NCBI GenBank assembly: GCA_021613535.1
Contig: CP075497.1
Coordinates: 4,402,001-4,466,000 of the forward strand
Origin: Adineta vaga
Taxonomy: Eukaryota > Animalia > Rotifera
Direction: 5' to 3'
DNA length: 64,000 bases
Below the pieces are notes generated by a model. The model was not told where the DNA came from. It made no database searches and saw nothing but the letters and a program-made list of their open reading frames with translations. This document shows, one piece after another, positions 57,039-64,000 of this stretch (position 1 is its first letter; each line of letters begins with the position of its first letter). Position numbers and translations under genes: made by a program.

Positions 57039-57515
57039 TTAAAAATAAGCTTTGGTTGTCCTAGAATATGACAAAATGGAGATAAAATAAAATAGAATGA
57101 TATGATCATTGAACAACCTTTCATAGTATTGATGCATTTGTTGAGCATCATCTGGAGATGTTGAATATGTCGCTGGAAAATTTTGCTCATCATTTGATGA
57201 AACGAACACTTCCATTTTCTATTGAAGAGAAACAAAAATAATGAAGAAGTGTGTCTTTTACTTCTCAAACAATACTTGTGTTTCGTAAGATTTTAATTGT
57301 TGATCATCCATTTGTTTTCTACCAGTTGGTTTGTTACTTAAAAGAAAACTCTCATTATATAAACGCGTACGTTGTTGATGACGACGCCAAAAATAGCATA
57401 GAATAATCAAAGCAACGATTGATGAGATGAATATAAAAATACCCAAAACAAGTAATGCAATCCAGGGTTCATCAATTCGTTTGAATATCGGAGCTCGAGC
57501 TATATTCAAATCCAT
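57039..57515 (-). CDS. Small single-pass membrane protein resembling a cadherin TM plus cytoplasmic tail, 3 exons
   Basis: EPWIALLVLG..IILCYFWRR TM segment, then LKSYETQ|KMEV and C-terminus TTKAYF* after splicing. Confidence 0.55.
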
Positions 57516-57967
57516 AATACTCACTCTTTGAATTCTAAATATAACTACATATCAAACAGTTCTTTTTTTTAAAACTAAACCTTTTATCTATTTTTTACCT
57601 TTATAATCAAGGATTTCTTTGTACAATTGTCAGATGGTGATATGAATCAAAAAAACGAACTTTATATCTTAGACATTTCTGTTATTTTTCATGTGCATAA
57701 TTCAATCACCAACAGTAAGTGACATACAAAAGCTGGTTAATCCCTTTTTTTTATGTCTGTATACATAAACGTATGTAAGTATACGTTGAGAGAAGAGCAT
57801 GGCAAATAAAAACACGAAATGTGTGACGAGACAAATTGATTTGTTCCTTCTTTTGTTTTTCTAATCTTATATTCTTCTTTCGAAACAAATTGATTTTACG
57901 ACTATAATATTTATTTGTAAATAGAGAAAAATGAAAGATAGTTTATGTCATTTATACAAGTCAATGT

Positions 57968-58918
57968 TTAACTATAATTTGATTTCTTTTTTAAACGATC
58001 AGCTAATTGATTATAAATAAAAGCTGATGATGTTGCTGTTGATTGTACTTGAGCATAATTTAAATTGTTCATTTGTTTTGCTTTCGATTTGATTTCTTCG
58101 GAGACATTCATATCGATTGCAAATTGTTCTGTTGACATTGCATGGCGTTCATTACGTGTTTCCGAACGTTGTAAATAGAAATGTGAAATCATATGAATAA
58201 CATTACCTTTACCACAATCAAATGTTACAAGTACAGCATGAGATTTATATTTCTGATTTAATTCATTTGATTTAATTAAAACACGAACTTGTTGTGCATT
58301 GACTATTTCAATTGGATAAGATGATGATTCAAGCCACCATTGTGGATCAACATGCTGGGAAGCTGGTAAAAATCCAGCAACAATTGGATTTGTTGGATCA
58401 TTTACTTGAACACCAACAACTTCATCACGTGTCATTTGACCATTATGTCGAACGAACTAATCAGATAAAATAAATTAAAAAATTAATCAAAATAAATAAT
58501 TAACTTACTTCACCGAAAGCAACTTCCAGAACATTTTTTAAAGCCCAATCCGTCGTTATCAATTGACCGCCATCATTAACAAATTGACGTAAACGATGTG
58601 CAGCTTCGCAGGAAACGAACTTGCACAATTAACATAAACAGTTTGATCTGCTGGACGTAAAGGATATGTTAATAATTCAGATTGTTGAACAGTTTTAAAT
58701 GGAATTTTTAAACTTTTCAAAACTTGATGAATATGATCATAGGTGCCTGGAACAACAATAACTGTATCATCTCCAATGTCTTCAAGAAGCTTTTTATCTT
58801 CAGCTGATAATTGTTCACGAGCCATAGCTGAACCAAGTTCATAAGCATCAGCCATGTCACCTTGACAGACATCATTATGTTGTGTTGAAAACGAATTTGT
58901 AGTACTTTGTTGATACAT
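57968..58918 (-). pseudogene. Class-I GATase/ThuA-like protein, probable horizontal origin; 1-nt frameshift at about 58608 (pseudogene or assembly error)
   Basis: Two track ORFs join if one base is restored: NCASSFP(A)EAAHRLRQFVNDGGQLITTDWALKNVLEVAFGE, 52-nt intron 58457-58508, FVRHNGQMTRDEVV. Confidence 0.65.
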
Positions 58919-59667
58919 ACTGAATGCCGTAAGTGTAATATAAAATAATACTGAGATGCATGTCAATATATACATTTGGTGAAGAGCAATGACTCATTAT
59001 GTGTCATGTTTTTGCATGATATTTTGTTTGCCACATAGAAAGAGGTATACTTGTCTTTCCTTTGCATTTATGGTAACTGGAGAAAATAATCTTGACTCAA
59101 AAAATCAGTCCATACATGCGATGGTGAAATTCTTCGATAGCAATCATAATGAAATAGTCCTTTGATTTGTAGTCATAAGATGATTGAAGACTGTTACATG
59201 GAATTTTGCAATTCGATGGAAAACAAAAAAATCTGTATGTCAGGGGTCTTTGTTCTATAGAATATTTTTAACTAAAACTATTTACAGACATGTTTTACTC
59301 CATATTCAAAAAGTATGATGGCATATATATATATATCAATTATTCTTACGTCAATACGATGTCACTTTATCTCGATTCTATTTATTGGAATAGTTAGTTT
59401 TTCATTAAGTTAAATACAACAAAATGCTGAAAGAATATGCTTTCATCAAATATTTAGATCTACTCTAGTAGTTTGACTTGATCGTTTTTTATTTCTATGA
59501 TTTTTCTGTTGGGTTTATTTTGTTGTAGAAGAAAAGAAGCGGAATACATAGGAATAGACTAAATACAGAAAAGGATACAGATCCATATATGTATATATAC
59601 TCAAATTGTCCTTTTAAAAACATGTGGTTAAATTAATAAAGTGTTCTTCGTTTTTGAGATATCCTTT

Positions 59668-61040
59668 TCATTTATATTCGACTCCGACTGTTGCGGAATT
59701 TTTTGATGGACTTGATGCAATACTAGCTAACAATGTTTTCATCTCTCCAATAGCTTTGCCAGGATTTAAACCCTACAAGAGAACAATGAAAAAAGTTTAA
59801 TATTAAATCTGATTTTGATAAATGTCTTTTTTTCACATACTTTAGGACAAGATTTCGTGCAATTCATAATAGTATGACAACGATAAAGTGAAAATGTATC
59901 ACGAAATTGGTCCAAACGTTCTTTGGTATATTCATCACGTGAATCAACGATCCATCTAGAAATAAAACAATATTGTTTTCTAAAGATATCAATGACAAAC
60001 AAATGTACATACTTATAAGCTTGCATAAGAACAGCAGGTCCAAGATATTTATCGGCATTCCACCAATAACTTGGACATGATGTTGAACAACAGGCGCATA
60101 GAATACATTCATACATACCATCCTAACAAATGAAATTAATGATTAGGATTTCAATTTCTCTGTTAAAAAATAATTCACCAATTTTTTACGATCCTCAACA
60201 CTTTGAAAAAGTTGTTTATCACCAATAGGAGTTGGTGTCTTGCGTTTTAAATATGGTTCAATCATTTTATATTGCATATAAAAATTTGTAAAATCCTAAA
60301 GAATAAATTCTTATGAAAACAATCAACGCATTTATTTCATATCAACATACCGGAACAAGATCCTTGACAACGTACATATGTGGGAGTGGATAAATTTTCA
60401 ATGGTTTATCTGATTCGTCGATTTTGCTAAAAGAAAAGATAGAATAGATATTAGATAATATCTTCTAGCAATTATACAAACCGGATGCAAGCAAGTGTAT
60501 TTCGACCATCAATATTCATTGAGCAACTTCCGCAAATACCTTCACGACATGAACGACGAAATGTTAAGGATGGATCCATTTCATTTTTTATTTTAATCAA
60601 AGCATCCAGAACCATTGGTCCACATCTACAAACAAACTGATCTGTGTCGCAAACTGATTTTTGAAAGATAAACTCACTCGCTTAAATTTATTTTATAGTC
60701 TTGTAAATATGGTTTCTTATCTGGTTCTTCAGGATTCTAAAAACAAATAATTATATAAAATAGTCAATTGTTTTATTGAAAAAGATTAGTTTCCTACCCA
60801 ACGATAGATTGAAACTGTTTTGATACGTGGTTTTGATTCACTTTTCTGATGAACCATATCCGGTTTTTTCGTATCAGGTGCATTTGTTTTCGATGCTGCT
60901 GCGGCAGTCGTATTGCGAACCTAGGAAAATTATCAGATAAGATTATTTCAATTCCATCAAAACAATAAACATACTTGTACAAAAAATAATCGACATGCAC
61001 CACTAACTGGTGTCGCCGAATTAGTAATTACGCGAAACAT
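59668..61040 (-). CDS. SDHB: Succinate dehydrogenase iron-sulfur subunit
   Basis: [53 protein letters not shown] and [15 protein letters not shown]; N-terminal transit-like peptide. Confidence 0.97.
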
Positions 61041-61196
61041 CTGAAAAAAAGCGAAAATCTAAGGATAAAACTGCATCCGTTTAAGTGAATTTAATAAGCA
61101 CACAAACAAGTTTGAGTATCAGGCGTGCGAGTACACAACACACATATACATAATACATAATCGAGACTAGAACCTTCTTACCATTCATAACGACAT

Positions 61197-61213
61197 TCAG
61201 TAGATGTCGCTAT
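61197..61213. promoter_or_regulatory. CTCF-like motif TCAGTAGATGTCGCTAT upstream of SDHB
   Basis: Contains the exact 11-mer at 61201-61211, about 160 bp upstream of the SDHB ATG. Confidence 0.5.
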
Positions 61214-61359
61214 GTAACACAAAGAGTTAGAATCATTTGACTCAGTTGATATTTACTTCTGGAAAACGATTAGATTGCCGATGCAATTGTAACTACTTTA
61301 TTCGAATCAAATTTGTATTACAATCGAAATGCCTTTTACGTACAAAAATAAAAATAATG

Positions 61360-64000
61360 TCAACTTTTGGTCACTTGTGAAAGAACTGGAAGAAAAAATT
61401 TCGGTGCTAGTTTAAGCGTAAGTAAATAAGGTTCATTGTCTTCATATTCAATATCTTCTGTAAATATTTGACGACGAAATGGATCGAGATATAGTTTTCG
61501 CACAGGATAATTTACATAACGTCCCATGCTAAGTTCACCTGGCTCAAATCGATGTTCATGTGGAACAAAGATTGCTAGAAGCGAAAACCAAATCAGAATG
61601 ATATACGTAATCATTTTATTGTAACTTACGATTTCGTTTAATTGGTCGATGAAAAACTGTATGTGATTCTCCCAAACGTCCAAGTGCAGATTGACTAAAT
61701 GATAATAGAAAATAAGAAAATAATTGTACACAAATATATATATATAATTATCTAATTTTACTTGTTAATTTTTGGTAAAACAAGAATTGTATTACTATCC
61801 AATTGTTCTTTGACTTGAGTACGTTCGGTGATTTGAGCTTGAGTAATTTCAACAAAATAATTAATTGCTTCAATTGATGATATATTGTTGGTATTCAAAC
61901 GCGGTAAAGCATTCAATGTGACCGTTAACTTTTTACCTTTTAATGATGATTTTTTCTAAAGAAAAAAAACACACAAATATTCGATTAAAACGTAGAATTC
62001 AATCGAGAGAATATTACCGCTAAAGAAGTATCACCAATTAATGCTCTTGATGTCGCATTACTTATCTTTACTTTTAAATCACCATTTTTCAATCGAAAAT
62101 TCATATCTTCAATATGTGTACGAAATGCTTGTATCCATCTATTTCAATAAAAGATACAAATGAATATATTTTCATAGTGAATTAGATCATTTGTTTCAAG
62201 AAATCTTGCATAAATGATATTCTAGTGCAAGTCAAACTATAAGTTCGTAAAAACATACTGTCGAAGCCATTCATGTGACAAAGTTTTGATTCCTGTTCGT
62301 CTTGGTTGTGTCAAATCAAGTTCCCATAACTTCCATGAATCCATTTCTGCATAAAAATGATCAAATGGATCTTGTAAACCACATTGATCGAATAGTTCTT
62401 TAACGAATGGTCTAACAGAAAACAAAGAATTTTTTTACTAAAGAAATTCATAGAAGATAAAACATTTTTTTACCGAATTTGATCTCCACCTTCTAAATAC
62501 CAAAAAATAAATTCACCAACAACGTCCATGCTCATTTTATTGAGAAAAGCTAATAAACGAAGATAAATGAAAATAAGTTCTACATCGTAAGTATCATAAA
62601 AAAGTGGATTGAATTTTGTCAATTGTGTTAAAATTTTATCAATTAATGAATCTCGTGTTTGACCAGTTATTGAAACTGAACGAAAGTATTCATCAAGTTC
62701 ATGTAAAACGGCAAATCTATCTTCGATCGAAGTAATCATTTCTAAACGTTGTAAGACATGAGCTGGAAATAAATCTTCATCACAAGTTTCAAGAAAAATC
62801 TACGTTTAATCAGAGAAGATTAGTAAAAATTTGAAATGTTTTTGTAAATTAATTAACATACTTCAACTTTAATTAATGGATATTGTTCTGCAAACCAATT
62901 CAATTCTACAAGTTTCTCAATGAATTGTAAAAATGTTGGAGAAAAGTCGCGTGGAGTTTTTCGACGTATTTCAATGGTTTGAGTTGCTTCATTAACGTAT
63001 GATGTAGATTCTTCGGGAACTGATGTTTGTTCATTTGTATATGGTGTTGCTGGTTTAGCACTAGGTGTTCGCACTGATTTAATTGGTGTTTGAGTTGATT
63101 TGATCGGTGAACCTGGTGTTCGTGGCGATTTAGTTGGTGAACCAGGTGTTTGAATTTGTTTTGTTGGTGAAGCAGGAGGAATTGTAGGTGAACGTCGCAA
63201 TGCTGTTTGACCAGTTGATCGAGTAGGTGCTCCTCTTGAAGCAATAGGTTTAGCAACTTCCTGGAGAAAAAAATTAAGTATTTTGAAAATAGTACATGTA
63301 GAGAATTTTGAAAGGACAAAGATTTACTTGACGTTTGCCTTTGGCTGTACTTGGTTCTTGTTCTGCTGGTGTATCTGGAGGCTGTTCAGTAGGTTGTTGA
63401 GCAAGACCAGTGAGTTGTTTCATATATTCACTTGGATCTTTTTGATTTTGTTTTTCTAAGCGATCAGCCATTTCATCATCATCAACACCAAGTTTCTTCT
63501 TCATCATAGCTTCCATCAATTCTCGCCATTCAGCTTCTTCATCCTATAGAACATGTTTTTGTGTCAATGAATGCTCTATACATATTATTATTCTGTTTAC
63601 CACTGGTTTATTTTCTTCTATTGCTTGTAATTGTTGATCTGATAATGCTGCTGGTTTCCATTCTTCTTGTTCTGATTTTTTAACCAGTAACGGATCGGGC
63701 CAAAGAAATTTCGTCTAAAAGTATGATATATTTTTCCGATAAAATTCACTTCTCTGTCTCTCTCTATTCCTTACCAAAACTGAATTGGGAACAGTTGTAC
63801 CGGGACCATAATGAGGACGTTGAAAAGGCAATGTAATCTTTTGCAAATTACTTTCTAATAATTTTTTCGCTTCAACTTTATCTTGTTCTAATTTAAGAAG
63901 ACGAATATCATCACTTGGATGAGATGATTGATAACGATATTCTTGCTGAATTTGAGATAATTTTTGTTCTCGATCATCATACATTTTCGATAAGGGATCT
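61360..64000 (-). CDS. 3' part of a large multi-exon uncharacterised protein (possibly WDR97/WDR87-like); 5' end lies outside the window
   Basis: Successive minus-strand ORFs separated by short GT-AG introns; contains S/T-P-x-K repeats and a helical region. The family call is weak. Confidence 0.6.

Overview
AT-rich, gene-dense eukaryotic DNA with many short (about 50-60 nt) GT-AG introns and several intronless genes from expanded families. This organisation best fits a bdelloid rotifer (Adineta/Rotaria-like); that assignment is inference. About 25 protein-coding genes can be supported: 3' end of an APC homolog, NLK, a JADE/BRPF-like PHD protein, a class A GPCR, SMAP, a DUF268 protein, a divergent SH2-tyrosine-kinase-like gene, C22orf15/CXorf65-like, SERTA/IER-like, NEK10, SANBR, a CD225 protein, TMEM163, a C2H2 zinc finger protein, a transmembrane (MACIT) collagen, a Ly6-like protein, a myristoylated ankyrin protein, BAG1-like, a Pro-rich unknown, a Shaw/Kv3 channel, an ARF with Q71R, a cadherin-tail-like mini-protein, a frameshifted probable HGT gene, SDHB, and the 3' part of a large unknown gene. 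I found no tRNA, rRNA, CRISPR array or autonomous mobile element, and no multi-gene novel system that I can support. The best leads are the foreign-looking GATase/ThuA-like gene carrying an intron and a frameshift, a recurrent CTCF-like promoter motif (TAGATGTCGCT), the ARF lacking its catalytic Gln, the ectodomain-less cadherin tail, and an array of alternative Kv3 C-terminal exons. All family calls come from recalled motifs, not database searches, and exon boundaries were read by eye.
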